A stretch of 64,000 nt of DNA from Gemmatimonadaceae bacterium (GTDB lineage Bacteria > Gemmatimonadota > Gemmatimonadetes > Gemmatimonadales > Gemmatimonadaceae), in contig JANYHT010000017.1 in NCBI GenBank assembly GCA_025358925.1, positions 180,432-244,431 of the forward strand, written 5' to 3'. The notes under the pieces were generated by a model. That model worked only from the letters and a program-made list of their open reading frames with translations. It was not told the origin of the DNA and ran no database searches. The translations under genes were made by a program, and so were the position numbers. This document shows positions 47,946 through 57,437 of the stretch, piece by piece. The first letter of the stretch is position 1; each line of letters starts with the position of its first letter.

Positions 47946-48695
47946 TCAATGAGCGTCTACAACGTTGCGCGTGGTGTTGGGGCGGCCGTAGGCGAGGAAC
48001 TGCCAGAGATCTTCATTCACCGCTCCAGCCACCGCAGCGTAGTTGTGGTCTTGGTTTGACATTTCCACATAGCGAACAGCTATTCCATTCGCCTGCAACA
48101 GATCTCGAGTGCGACGTCCTTGTTGCAGCGAGAAGTACGGATCACGATCACCGAGATAGATCGCAATTCTGGTCGTGCCACGCGCCTGCGAGACAATCCG
48201 ATCGTACTCCGGTTGAATGACGGAAGCGAAAACACCAGCACCGGCAAAATAGTCTGCATTCAAGAGCGCAGCATCGTACACGAAATACCCACCGGCGGAG
48301 TAGCCGAAGAGGTATCGACGCGCTGGATCGATATTCCATTCTTTGCTCACTTCCTCCATCAACCGCGGAAAGATCACCGGCACCTGCGACTCGGACGCGG
48401 CACTCAGATCTAACGTCGGCGCGACCAGTATGATCCGCTTCTCTTCGGCAAACGTTTGCCAGGTCTCAACAAAATCTTCGCCATTCCCGCCAGCGCCGTG
48501 CACAAGCAAAACTGCGGGTAGCGCCGAACGCGGCTCGTAGCTCGTTGGCGCGAACACTACGAAAGGGTACGCACGTCCATTGTAGTGCATGACGCGTTGT
48601 ACCAGCACACCAGGACCACGTGGTGCGATGACGTGCACGCATCCAAGTGACAGCCCGCAGACAACAGCTCCAAGAGCGCGTGAAAACCGTGGCAT
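47946..48695 (-). CDS. Alpha/beta hydrolase (PHB depolymerase/phospholipase-like esterase), lipoprotein
   Basis: LLVHGAGG, YLFGYSAGG, YLGDRD, DHNY. Confidence 0.8.
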   Translation of the reverse strand: MPRFSRALGAVVCGLSLGCVHVIAPRGPGVLVQRVMHYNGRAYPFVVFAPTSYEPRSALPAVLLVHGAGGNGEDFVETWQTFAEEKRIILVAPTLDLSAASESQVPVIFPRLMEEVSKEWNIDPARRYLFGYSAGGYFVYDAALLNADYFAGAGVFASVIQPEYDRIVSQARGTTRIAIYLGDRDPYFSLQQGRRTRDLLQANGIAVRYVEMSNQDHNYAAVAGAVNEDLWQFLAYGRPNTTRNVVDAH

Positions 48696-48899
48696 CGAAA
48701 TGAGTCCAAAGGAGGGCGAATGAGCGAACGCGGAGGCGAACCACTTGCCACAGGAAACGAACGCCTCGTCCATCGACGAAGTCTGCACTTCATGTGACCC
48801 ATACCGTCGTTCACAGCATCGGTTCTGTTTGCTGACGTGGCGCGACTGCACTATGTGCGTTCACTGCAGCAGTTCATCATTCGGAAAGGTGTGAGTCTC

Positions 48900-49394
48900 A
48901 TGCAAAACGTTCTTTGGCAGGCCATGTTGACGATCATGCTGTCTACACGAGTCGCTGCCGATGTTCGACGAACGCCGAGTGACATCGGAGCACTCGGCGC
49001 ACTGGTGGGCGAATGGCAGAGCGACACCACCGCCGGTGTTTCAGCGCGCACATTCTGTGCATGGACACCACGACGTAGTAGCATGTTATGCGAGCTGCGC
49101 ATAGATGCTCCAGCAGGCCAAAGTACGGCGCTTAGCCTATTCTCGTCCGATTCTGCGTCCGGGCAATTCGTCTTGCATGTGCTCTCGCGCCCGGCTGACA
49201 CAATGCAGCCCGTAACACTCGTGATACGCGGCAACCTCTGGTACTATGGCGGTCAAACGGCGTCAGGTGATGGTCGCTTTTACCGCACTGTGAACGATTT
49301 CTCGCGCGCGGACGTGTACTATTGGCGACAAGAGTCATCCGTTGATGGACAGCAATGGACCGAGGGTATCCATGGACAATCACGACGGATTTGA
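48900..49394 (+). CDS. Small secreted beta-barrel protein (DUF1579-like)
   Basis: LGALVGEW..., YYWRQESSVDGQQWTE. Confidence 0.55.
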   Translation: MQNVLWQAMLTIMLSTRVAADVRRTPSDIGALGALVGEWQSDTTAGVSARTFCAWTPRRSSMLCELRIDAPAGQSTALSLFSSDSASGQFVLHVLSRPADTMQPVTLVIRGNLWYYGGQTASGDGRFYRTVNDFSRADVYYWRQESSVDGQQWTEGIHGQSRRI

Positions 49395-50538
49395 TGAACT
49401 CGGTGTTGACGAACATGATGCTGCGTCTGTTCGCCTACGTCCTGAACTGCTGCTTGCCGTGTGGTCTGTACCTGCACTGCTATCGTGCGTGCAGCAGTGG
49501 GCGTCGAGTGCGCTGAGCAATCACCCCACCTCCTTCTGGCGTATCGCCTCGGTAGAATGGCCGGGTTGGTATCTGTGGGCCGCCCTCACTCCGGGCATTT
49601 TCCACATCGCCCAACGGTTTCCGCTGCAACAACCATGGCGTGTACGCGTCCTTGCGGCACACGCGGTGACATGGAGCGCGTGCCTAATGGTGCATGCGCT
49701 GGTCACGAGCACGGTGCGACGTGTGGTCGACCCTGCAACATCCACTATCAATTTCGCACGATATGTTGAACTGTCCGCGGTCTCTTGGTTGCCAACAACG
49801 TTCCTGCTGTATGCGGCCACCGTCGGTGTTGCCATGTGGATGCGAGCGATCCAACGTGCCCAGACCCGCGAGCGTCAGCGCGCCATTCTCAGTGTCCAAC
49901 TCGCACGCGCGGAATTAAACGCCTTGCGAAGCCAACTCCATCCGCATTTTCTGTTCAATACCTTGAATACAATTGCGATTCTCATTCGCGAGCACGAAAC
50001 GCACACGGCGGCGCAACTCGTCACACAACTCGGAGAAATGTTACGTCACGTGCTTCAAGGCGCGCGCAGCCATGAGAGTGCCCTCGAGGAAGAGATTGCC
50101 CTCGTGTCCACGTACCTCGGCATTGAGCAAGTGCGTTTTGGGGACAGACTTCAGGTGCGCTGGACCGTCGCTGAGAATACGCGCGGTGCGACAGTGCCAG
50201 CATTAGTGCTGCAACCGCTGGTCGAAAATGCGTTGCAACATGGCGTGGCAACAATGGTTGGGGGCGGCATCGTAGAAATCGGCGCGCATCGTAACGCCGA
50301 CATGTTGACGCTCTGGATTTCCGACAACGGACCGGGTTTGCCAGCCAACGTGTTGGATCAATCGACCACTAGCAACGGCGTTGGGTTAATGAACACCCGT
50401 GAACGCCTCGTGCGATTATATCCTGGACAATCATCGTTGCGTCTCGTCAACAACCAGCACGGAGGCACGCGTGCTGAAGTACGTCTACCGTTTCGCCTTT
50501 GGCCTGCACAGGCGATCAGCGGGGCAACGCTCACGTGA
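49372..50538 (+). CDS. LytS/YehU-family sensor histidine kinase
   Basis: TM region. ALRSQLHPHFLFNTLNTI, LQPLVENALQHG, DNGPG, GVGLMN. Confidence 0.9.
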   Translation: MDNHDGFDELGVDEHDAASVRLRPELLLAVWSVPALLSCVQQWASSALSNHPTSFWRIASVEWPGWYLWAALTPGIFHIAQRFPLQQPWRVRVLAAHAVTWSACLMVHALVTSTVRRVVDPATSTINFARYVELSAVSWLPTTFLLYAATVGVAMWMRAIQRAQTRERQRAILSVQLARAELNALRSQLHPHFLFNTLNTIAILIREHETHTAAQLVTQLGEMLRHVLQGARSHESALEEEIALVSTYLGIEQVRFGDRLQVRWTVAENTRGATVPALVLQPLVENALQHGVATMVGGGIVEIGAHRNADMLTLWISDNGPGLPANVLDQSTTSNGVGLMNTRERLVRLYPGQSSLRLVNNQHGGTRAEVRLPFRLWPAQAISGATLT

Positions 50539-51383
50539 TCGATACCGCCAACTGCAACAACGCTGGGATATCGCCGCTATGGACCGTACGAACGCTCATT
50601 GTAGATGACGAGCCCATTGCTCGACGTGGATTGCGCAATGCGCTCCGCGAACGCTGCAACATCGAAATTGTTGGAGAATGCCAAAATGGAGAGGAAGCGG
50701 TTGACGTCATTCGTCAAGAGCACATTGATCTCGTATATCTCGACGTACAAATGCCCGGACTCGACGGTTTCGATGTTATCCGCACTATTGGTGCGCTCGC
50801 AATGCCGTGCGTGATTTTTGTCACCGCGTTTGATCAGCACGCTGTCAGAGCATTCGCCGTTGCGGCAACCGACTACGTGGTGAAGCCATTTTCTCCTGAG
50901 CGATTAGTCGAAGCTACCGATCGTGCTCTATGCCGCATTCGTGAACAGCGTGTGGTGGCGGCGCACGAGTTGTTACTTAAGGCGCTCGGAAATGTCGCGT
51001 CGCCCATGCGCGATGATGGTAACAGCCACATCGCGACGGATCGCTACGCGAGTCGACTGCTGGTATCGCTCGGCACGCGCAGCGTCGTCGTGCCATTGGA
51101 CGATGTGCGACTGATTGAAGCAGACGGGTACTATGTACGTGTTTTCGCCGGTGCCGCTCGCTACACGTTGCGCGAGTCGCTGAAAGATCTTGAGACTCGG
51201 CTGAACCCCGCAGAGTTCGTGCGCGTGCATCGGTCGGCCATCGTGCGCCTCTCTGACGTGAGAAGCGTTGAACGTCTGGATCACGAACGCCTCGAGTTGG
51301 TACTGTCGGATGGTGCACGGGTTCCGGTAAGCCGGACGCGACGCGAGTTCGTGATACGTACGCTTGGGAGCATTCGCGGGTAA
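50535..51383 (+). CDS. LytTR-family response regulator
   Basis: LIVDDEP, YLDVQMP, FVTAF, DYVVKP, FVRVHRSAIV. Confidence 0.92.
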   Translation: MIDTANCNNAGISPLWTVRTLIVDDEPIARRGLRNALRERCNIEIVGECQNGEEAVDVIRQEHIDLVYLDVQMPGLDGFDVIRTIGALAMPCVIFVTAFDQHAVRAFAVAATDYVVKPFSPERLVEATDRALCRIREQRVVAAHELLLKALGNVASPMRDDGNSHIATDRYASRLLVSLGTRSVVVPLDDVRLIEADGYYVRVFAGAARYTLRESLKDLETRLNPAEFVRVHRSAIVRLSDVRSVERLDHERLELVLSDGARVPVSRTRREFVIRTLGSIRG

Positions 51384-51423
51384 CGAATGCAGTGATCAGG
51401 TCAGCCGATCGCTCACAAACGCG

Positions 51424-51888
51424 CTACGCAATCAATCCGTGCTGTTTCGCCAGTTGCACGGCTTGCGTACGACGCTTTGCCTGCAGCTTCTCGAAGAGTC
51501 GACTCGAATGCGTCTTCACCGTATTCTCACTAATAAACAGACGCTCGGCGATTTCGCGGTTACTGAGTCCGCCCGCAATCAACGATAAGATTTCCCGTTC
51601 GCGCGGCGTAATGCCTAGCCGTTGAATTTCCTGCAGATTTTCTGTGAACGCGGTGGTCGCTGCCGCGACTGTCACCTCTCGCACCTCCACCTCGCGCACC
51701 ACGACGGGCGATGCTGGTCGCGTCATTGAAACACCAAGCCAAATCCCAAGCCCCGCAAACACCGCCGCGATAAGGCCACCGTAAATCTCGGTGGAATGTT
51801 CGATCACAAGATACCGGTACTCAATGACTTTGAGTATCGCGACGAGAATACCGCCGAGGAATCCGTACAGTAGCACATGTTTTTTCAT
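51424..51888 (-). CDS. Membrane-anchored LuxR/GerE HTH regulator (no receiver domain)
   Basis: Two N-terminal TM helices. ITPREREIL..GLSNREIAERLFISENTVKTH. Confidence 0.88.
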   Translation of the reverse strand: MKKHVLLYGFLGGILVAILKVIEYRYLVIEHSTEIYGGLIAAVFAGLGIWLGVSMTRPASPVVVREVEVREVTVAAATTAFTENLQEIQRLGITPREREILSLIAGGLSNREIAERLFISENTVKTHSSRLFEKLQAKRRTQAVQLAKQHGLIA

Positions 51889-51895
51889 GGCAACG

Positions 51896-52504
51896 CTAGA
51901 GCCCGCGGCACACGATCGTGACAGCAACACGCATGCGCTCTCGATATTCGGCGCGTGTCGACACGCGATGCTTGAGCCCGACCGAGGTTGCATACAACTG
52001 CTCCGCAAGATCCTTTGCTGAAATGCTCATGGTCTTCCACGTTGCCGCGACGCCACTACTGCGCAACAGCTTGGCGATCTCCGCATGAAAGGCGTGCTCC
52101 ATCTCGTCGACCACCCGACCGATCAGCTGCTCCGACGTCTCCAACAGGTCGGTCATGTTCTCCGCACCCGGACGACCAATGACGTGACCATGCATCGCTT
52201 CAAATGCGTCAAGCAAGCATTCCTGCACGTCCGGATCGTCACGCGTGATTGCGGCGCGGCCAGCATCGCGTGCGGCCACCAACACGCGCATCAACGTCGC
52301 TTTGAACAATTCTTCCTTTGATGCAAAGTGCAGATACAATCCCTGTCGTGAAAGGGACGCCGCCTGCGCGAGGTCGTCCATCGATGTCTTCTTAAAACCA
52401 TATCGCAAAAAGACACCAGCTGCGGCGTCGAGAATACCCTCTCGGTTACTCTCGCGACGCGCCGTCGCGACCAGGACGTGCTCAGCGGGCTTCATCGCGA
52501 ACAT
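51896..52504 (-). CDS. TetR/AcrR-family regulator
   Basis: ILDAAAGVFLRYGFKKTSMDDLAQAASLSRQGLYLHFASKEELF. Confidence 0.92.
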   Translation of the reverse strand: MFAMKPAEHVLVATARRESNREGILDAAAGVFLRYGFKKTSMDDLAQAASLSRQGLYLHFASKEELFKATLMRVLVAARDAGRAAITRDDPDVQECLLDAFEAMHGHVIGRPGAENMTDLLETSEQLIGRVVDEMEHAFHAEIAKLLRSSGVAATWKTMSISAKDLAEQLYATSVGLKHRVSTRAEYRERMRVAVTIVCRGL

Positions 52505-52581
52505 CTGGTGAAGGGTTGGCTGATACAGCGAACCACCAAAAACGTTTGCTGTTGTGGTATCCGTGCGTTTCCGTTGCATCG

Positions 52582-52654
52582 GTTCATATCCGTGTCCCTC
52601 GTTGTTGCTGTTGCCTACCAAAAACCAACCACAACAACGGACACGGATATGAAC
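52582..52654. repeat. Long intergenic inverted repeat (REP-like hairpin)
   Basis: Perfect 16 bp IR gttcatatccgtgtcc / ggacacggatatgaac, plus inner gttgttg/caacaac pairing. Confidence 0.75.
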
Positions 52655-52914
52655 AGAAACAGCGAATAACCAACGGTGCGGCGCGAATCTGCGCAATCGC
52701 GAGGCGTGCAGGTATATGTAGTACCGTACGATCAGTTAACGGAATGGACAAAATAGACAGTAACTGACGAATGTGTCAAAATAGCAAACAGTTCATGCAA
52801 CGTTCGCTCTTCCAGGCAATCGCCAGCGAGGTTGAGGATTCGGACGCCACGCATCAGGTTCACACGTGTCTAACCCAAAACACGACGAGCCGCGTGCAGC
52901 GGCGGGAGCCGGTT

Positions 52915-53820
52915 GTGCGCGCATCACCTACGCTGTTGCTGAGTATCTGCCTCATCGCCGCGCCGTTGCAGGCGCAGAGTACCGCGCACACGCATGAGGG
53001 CATGGCGGGCATGGAGCACTTACCCACGGTCTCTGCCGCCGCACAGCGCGAAGTGGATCGCGTTGCGAAAGCCTTGCTGCCGCTTGCCGTCGCGAACGCC
53101 GCGCAGTCGGCCGGATTTCAACCGGTACTCGGCTGGATTCCCACGATGGGCGTGCACTGGGTCAATCAAGAGCGCATGCTTGGGGGCAACCGTTTTGATA
53201 TGGTGGCGCCAAGTCAATTGATGTTTAGCAAGATCGATGGACGCGACTCGCTAGTCGGGGCCGCGTATTCGTACGTCGCGCCCGTAGCGGACACGGTGCG
53301 TCCTTCAAGCTTTGACGGCAATCCGTCGTGGCACGAGCATGCGGATCTTGCACCCACCGGCATGTCGTTAGTGATGCTGCATGTATGGTTTGTCGCATCG
53401 CCCGACGGTCCATTTGCGGGCACGAATCCCAATTTGCCGTTTTGGGCACTGGGATTGCCGGCGCCGGCCCCCGAACGTATGCGTGATAGCGCGTTTAACG
53501 CGCACGTGCGGCGTGCGGCACTCGCCTTAGCGGAAATCGCGGATACGCGGGGCGTTTTTCCCATGCTCGACCGACGTCCGGCCGTGCACGCCGCGCTCGC
53601 CGTACAGCGAGATTCGGTGCGGGCGTTAGTGCCGGAGTTGCGTGACGCGATGATGTCGAAGGACGCCGCCCGACTAGATCGCGTGGTCGAACGCGCTGCG
53701 TCACAATGGGACGCGATGTACGCGACCTACATGGCCAACGCGTACTCGGCTGCGAGCAAAAAACGTCTCGTAGACTACGCGGCGATGCTGATGGGCCACC
53801 ACGGCGAACATTCGCACTAA
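52915..53820 (+). CDS. Secreted hypothetical protein with His-rich motifs
   Basis: Signal peptide. MGVHW, WHEH, MLHVW, C-terminal HHGEHSH. Confidence 0.7.
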   Translation: MRASPTLLLSICLIAAPLQAQSTAHTHEGMAGMEHLPTVSAAAQREVDRVAKALLPLAVANAAQSAGFQPVLGWIPTMGVHWVNQERMLGGNRFDMVAPSQLMFSKIDGRDSLVGAAYSYVAPVADTVRPSSFDGNPSWHEHADLAPTGMSLVMLHVWFVASPDGPFAGTNPNLPFWALGLPAPAPERMRDSAFNAHVRRAALALAEIADTRGVFPMLDRRPAVHAALAVQRDSVRALVPELRDAMMSKDAARLDRVVERAASQWDAMYATYMANAYSAASKKRLVDYAAMLMGHHGEHSH

Positions 53821-53843
53821 ACATTCTGCAATCGGAGTTCGGC

Positions 53844-55049
53844 GTGCGCTCTTTGCTTTCTGCAATCGTGTCGGTCATCGCGTGTGCAACCTCGCTCCAC
53901 GCACAAACACCAGCACGTCAAACCGAATCGGACGCGTGGACGCGGTATGAGTTACTCGCACCCGGGTCGGCGAAATTTCGCATCGTCTATGAAGTCACTG
54001 CGTCGACGGCCGGCGCGATGTACTACTTCAATCCGATCCGCAAAGGCAGCGTCGCCACCGACGAGAGCGTCTTTGATCGCGCCACCGGTAAGCCCCTCGT
54101 GTTTGATGTAGTTGGCGCAGAGGTCGCGCGCACGGGCGGTGTGCGCAGCAACGACACGTCACAGACGTACATTCGCGTAAAACTCGCGCACGCTGTGCCG
54201 GCTGATGGCGGGGAAGGGCGCGTGCTGATTCTCAAAACGTATGAAGACGCCACAAGTTATTTCTCGCGCGGTGACACGATCGTGTTCACGCGACCACTGG
54301 GTATCAAACGAAACGCCGTGGTGTTGCCGAAAGGCTATGAGTTGGTGTCGTCGAGCTTTCCGTCGCAAGTCTTGCAGGAAGCGGATGGCCGCGTGGGTAT
54401 CAGTTTTTGGAATGACACGCCATCCGAAGCCGCTGTCACGATTCGAGCGATACCCAATCGGGCACTCGGCCCCAAGACATCAAGCATTGCAAAACGACTC
54501 GAAGATCGCGCCCATCAAAATCGCGAGATTGTGTACTACTTGCAGCAACCGGAAACGCACGCGTTCGACTTGTATCATGACTATACCGAAACGAAAGTCG
54601 GCACGAGCACCTACGTCAACATCGTGCGGGCCGGGAGTACCGTGTCCAATCCGCGCGCGATGAATCTCGATACGGGAGAACCCATTCCGCACGAGACACT
54701 TAAAGGCGCCGCGATCGCGAAAGCTGGTGTGACCGTTCCCGACGTCACGCCGCAAACAGAAGCGGTCGTGTTTCGTTTTGCACCTATCGCCGCCGGCACA
54801 TCGCTGCGACTACGCATGTATGAGACGTACACGGATAGCGTGCGCTACACGGTGATCGGTGATGAGCTTGTGTGGGATCGGAGCTTCGGTCGTCCAACCA
54901 ATGCCGTGGTGTTGCCCGCCGGTTGGACGCTCACCAATAGTGCTGCACCTGCGGTGGTGAGTACGTTGCCGGACGGTCGTGTGCGATTGGATTTTATCAA
55001 TCCGCGAACAGACGAGATTACCGCATTGGTGACGGCGCGACGTCGGTAA
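53844..55049 (+). CDS. Secreted hypothetical protein made of two homologous halves
   Basis: RNAVVLPKGY..DGRV vs TNAVVLPAGW..DGRV; KTYED vs ETYTD. Confidence 0.75.
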   Translation: MRSLLSAIVSVIACATSLHAQTPARQTESDAWTRYELLAPGSAKFRIVYEVTASTAGAMYYFNPIRKGSVATDESVFDRATGKPLVFDVVGAEVARTGGVRSNDTSQTYIRVKLAHAVPADGGEGRVLILKTYEDATSYFSRGDTIVFTRPLGIKRNAVVLPKGYELVSSSFPSQVLQEADGRVGISFWNDTPSEAAVTIRAIPNRALGPKTSSIAKRLEDRAHQNREIVYYLQQPETHAFDLYHDYTETKVGTSTYVNIVRAGSTVSNPRAMNLDTGEPIPHETLKGAAIAKAGVTVPDVTPQTEAVVFRFAPIAAGTSLRLRMYETYTDSVRYTVIGDELVWDRSFGRPTNAVVLPAGWTLTNSAAPAVVSTLPDGRVRLDFINPRTDEITALVTARRR

Positions 55050-55126
55050 ACCTTTAGTCGCGGCGAATATAGCGTCATGCGCGGTGAGCAGTTCTGCGGT
55101 CTAACAACGCTGCATAAACAACCGCA

Positions 55127-55310
55127 CCACGAATTTCGCGAATCACGCGAATTGACTGGAACGGTTCCACAGGAGCGGCGCGACAGAACCGAAAAAAGAA
55201 CTTTGAAATGCACAGCAACAGCACACTGCTCGCGCGTGCGGATCTGTCTGGTGCGCCCCCCTTCAAAAAGAGGGAGCGAGCCGCCAGCCGGTCATCACGC
55301 CGTCCAAATT
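55127..55310. repeat. Copy B of the ~200 bp non-coding element (right arm lost)
   Basis: Left arm 25/27 identical to copy A, with collinear internal blocks. Confidence 0.75.
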
Positions 55311-55374
55311 AGTTCAGATTCAACCGCACACATCCACGCACATGCGGCCAGCGTAACCCCGCGCGCACGCAGCA

Positions 55375-55584
55375 CTACGCACCACGCTCGTGCGAGACAA
55401 AGCCTACACGCTTGTTAATCGCGATCCGCTCTGCGCTCGTCATGTGGCGCCAGCGTGTGATTTCATCCACGGTCCGACCGCACCCGCGGCATTGCTGGTC
55501 TTCGTCGAGCAGGCACACCTTGATACACGGCGATTCTGTCGTGGTCGAGGCCGCTGTGTTTGTAACATGTGTCTTTGGAATCAT
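55375..55584 (-). CDS. DUF1289 family Cys-rich small protein
   Basis: SPCIKVC..C.GCGRT.DEI..W. Confidence 0.85.
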   Translation of the reverse strand: MIPKTHVTNTAASTTTESPCIKVCLLDEDQQCRGCGRTVDEITRWRHMTSAERIAINKRVGFVSHERGA

Positions 55585-55713
55585 CGTGTATGGAGTGTAA
55601 ACGAGCACCGAGCGCACGGCGACGACCTCATGCACGCACTTGGAACTATCGGGAAAGAATCGTGTTTTGGACACCACGTTCGCCATCGATCCTATCACTT
55701 TGGAGTGCACCCT

Positions 55714-56541
55714 ATGCCGTTTCTTACCACCACATCGTCGCCTGCGACGGAGTTGTATTACATCGACGTGGGCGCAGGGCAGCCGGTCGTACTCATTCAC
55801 GGATGGCCGCTCAGCCACGCCTCGTGGGAAAACCAGATCAATGCGCTGGTCGCCAATGGCTACCGCGCCATCGCGTACGACCGCCGCGGTTTCGGTGACT
55901 CGGGGAAACCCACGAGCGGCTACGACTACGATACGTTTGCGTCCGATCTCAATGATCTCATCACGTCACTCGATTTACACGACGCCGTCATTGCGGGCTT
56001 CTCGATGGGTGGCGGTGAAGTGGCGCGGTATATCGGACGCTACGGCACGAGTCGATTGTCCAAAGCCATGCTATTGGGAGCCGTGACGCCGTTTCTGCTA
56101 AAAACCGCCGACAATCCCGATGGTGCGCCCAAAGAACTCTTCGATGGCATGATCGCCGGCGTAACGAAAGATCGCATCGGTTTCCTCGACACGTTCTTCA
56201 CGAATTTCTATAACTGGGATCTGCCACACGATGGGGTAAGCGAAGACCTTATTCCATACAGCAAGTTTCTCGCGTGGCCGGCGACCGCGATCGCAACACA
56301 GCAATGCATCGTGGCGTTCGGCACCACAGATTTTCGCGCAGACGTAGCGAAAATTGATATTCCGACGCTCATCGTGCATGGCGATGCCGATCGCATCGTG
56401 CCATTCCCTATTTCCGGCAAGAAGTCGGCTGAGATGATTAAAGGCAGCCGACTCGAAGTGCTGAAGGGTGCGCCACACGGATTTGCTGCGACGCACCCGG
56501 CGCAACTCAATGCGCTGATGTTGGATTTTCTAAAGCGGTAG
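55714..56541 (+). CDS. Non-heme haloperoxidase/arylesterase-type alpha/beta hydrolase
   Basis: IHGWPLS, YDRRGFG, GFSMGGGE, HGDAD, APHG. Confidence 0.9.
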   Translation: MPFLTTTSSPATELYYIDVGAGQPVVLIHGWPLSHASWENQINALVANGYRAIAYDRRGFGDSGKPTSGYDYDTFASDLNDLITSLDLHDAVIAGFSMGGGEVARYIGRYGTSRLSKAMLLGAVTPFLLKTADNPDGAPKELFDGMIAGVTKDRIGFLDTFFTNFYNWDLPHDGVSEDLIPYSKFLAWPATAIATQQCIVAFGTTDFRADVAKIDIPTLIVHGDADRIVPFPISGKKSAEMIKGSRLEVLKGAPHGFAATHPAQLNALMLDFLKR

Positions 56542-56558
56542 CGTAGCTCGACCGGGCG

Positions 56559-57275
56559 TTAAAATCCGATGCCGAGCTGCACTGAAAACACGGTGTTTTT
56601 CGGAGACGAACCACCGGCGTCGGTAGAGATCTTGGAGAGGCCTTGCACGTATCGCAACGTCAGCGCGTAGGAACGTCCCAGCGCGCTGACGGACAGCCCT
56701 GCTCCGCCCACGGCGCTCACGTCGTATTTTTCGATCGGATCTTTCGACGTTGACGTTGTATTTTCTGTGCACGCTTTGCTCGAGTTCAAACTGCTGATGT
56801 TTGAGCTCACGTCGATGTTGCACGTAATGCGAAATGCGCCGCTGGCTCCGACAAATAATATCGGATGGATCGAAGATGCTTTCGAACCGATGTCTATTTT
56901 GAGCAGCACGGGCACCTCGACGTAGTCCAGCTTCAACCCAACCGTGGCAGATGTCGTTTGCGCATTCAGATTGGTGACCTCGTAACTCACGCCTTTTTGC
57001 GAATAGTGCGCTTCGGGTTGCAACGAGAACGCGCCCGGCAGCGGAATATTGGCATACACGCCGGCGTTCAATCCCACACGGCGTTTTGTGTTATACGCCG
57101 CGCCCACAACGGATTTCACGGCCTGAAACGTTTCGGAAACGGACGACAAATTGGAGCCAATGAGAATACCGTATCGAGATTGCGGCGCAGCACCTCGACT
57201 CAGTTGTGCGGAGAGTACAGACGGAACAGTGGCGAGTGCAAACGCGGTGGCTGATATCCAGAATCGCGTACGCAT
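56559..57275 (-). CDS. Outer-membrane beta-barrel (OMP_b-brl_2/porin-like)
   Basis: SLQPEAHYSQKG, LDYVEVPVLLK, C-terminal QLGIGF. Confidence 0.85.
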   Translation of the reverse strand: MRTRFWISATAFALATVPSVLSAQLSRGAAPQSRYGILIGSNLSSVSETFQAVKSVVGAAYNTKRRVGLNAGVYANIPLPGAFSLQPEAHYSQKGVSYEVTNLNAQTTSATVGLKLDYVEVPVLLKIDIGSKASSIHPILFVGASGAFRITCNIDVSSNISSLNSSKACTENTTSTSKDPIEKYDVSAVGGAGLSVSALGRSYALTLRYVQGLSKISTDAGGSSPKNTVFSVQLGIGF

Positions 57276-57437
57276 GCGGACCTCGGAGTCAAGTGGGAAA
57301 CACAGGGGAAATCCGACAACGGTGTGGCGTATCTCCATGATGTGGCGCCAAAAGTCGCCTAACGCAATATCGACCCGAACAAGACGGAATTTTGTGGCGG
57401 CGGCCTCGATTGCTCTGCGCGTCCGAAAGGGTCAGAC

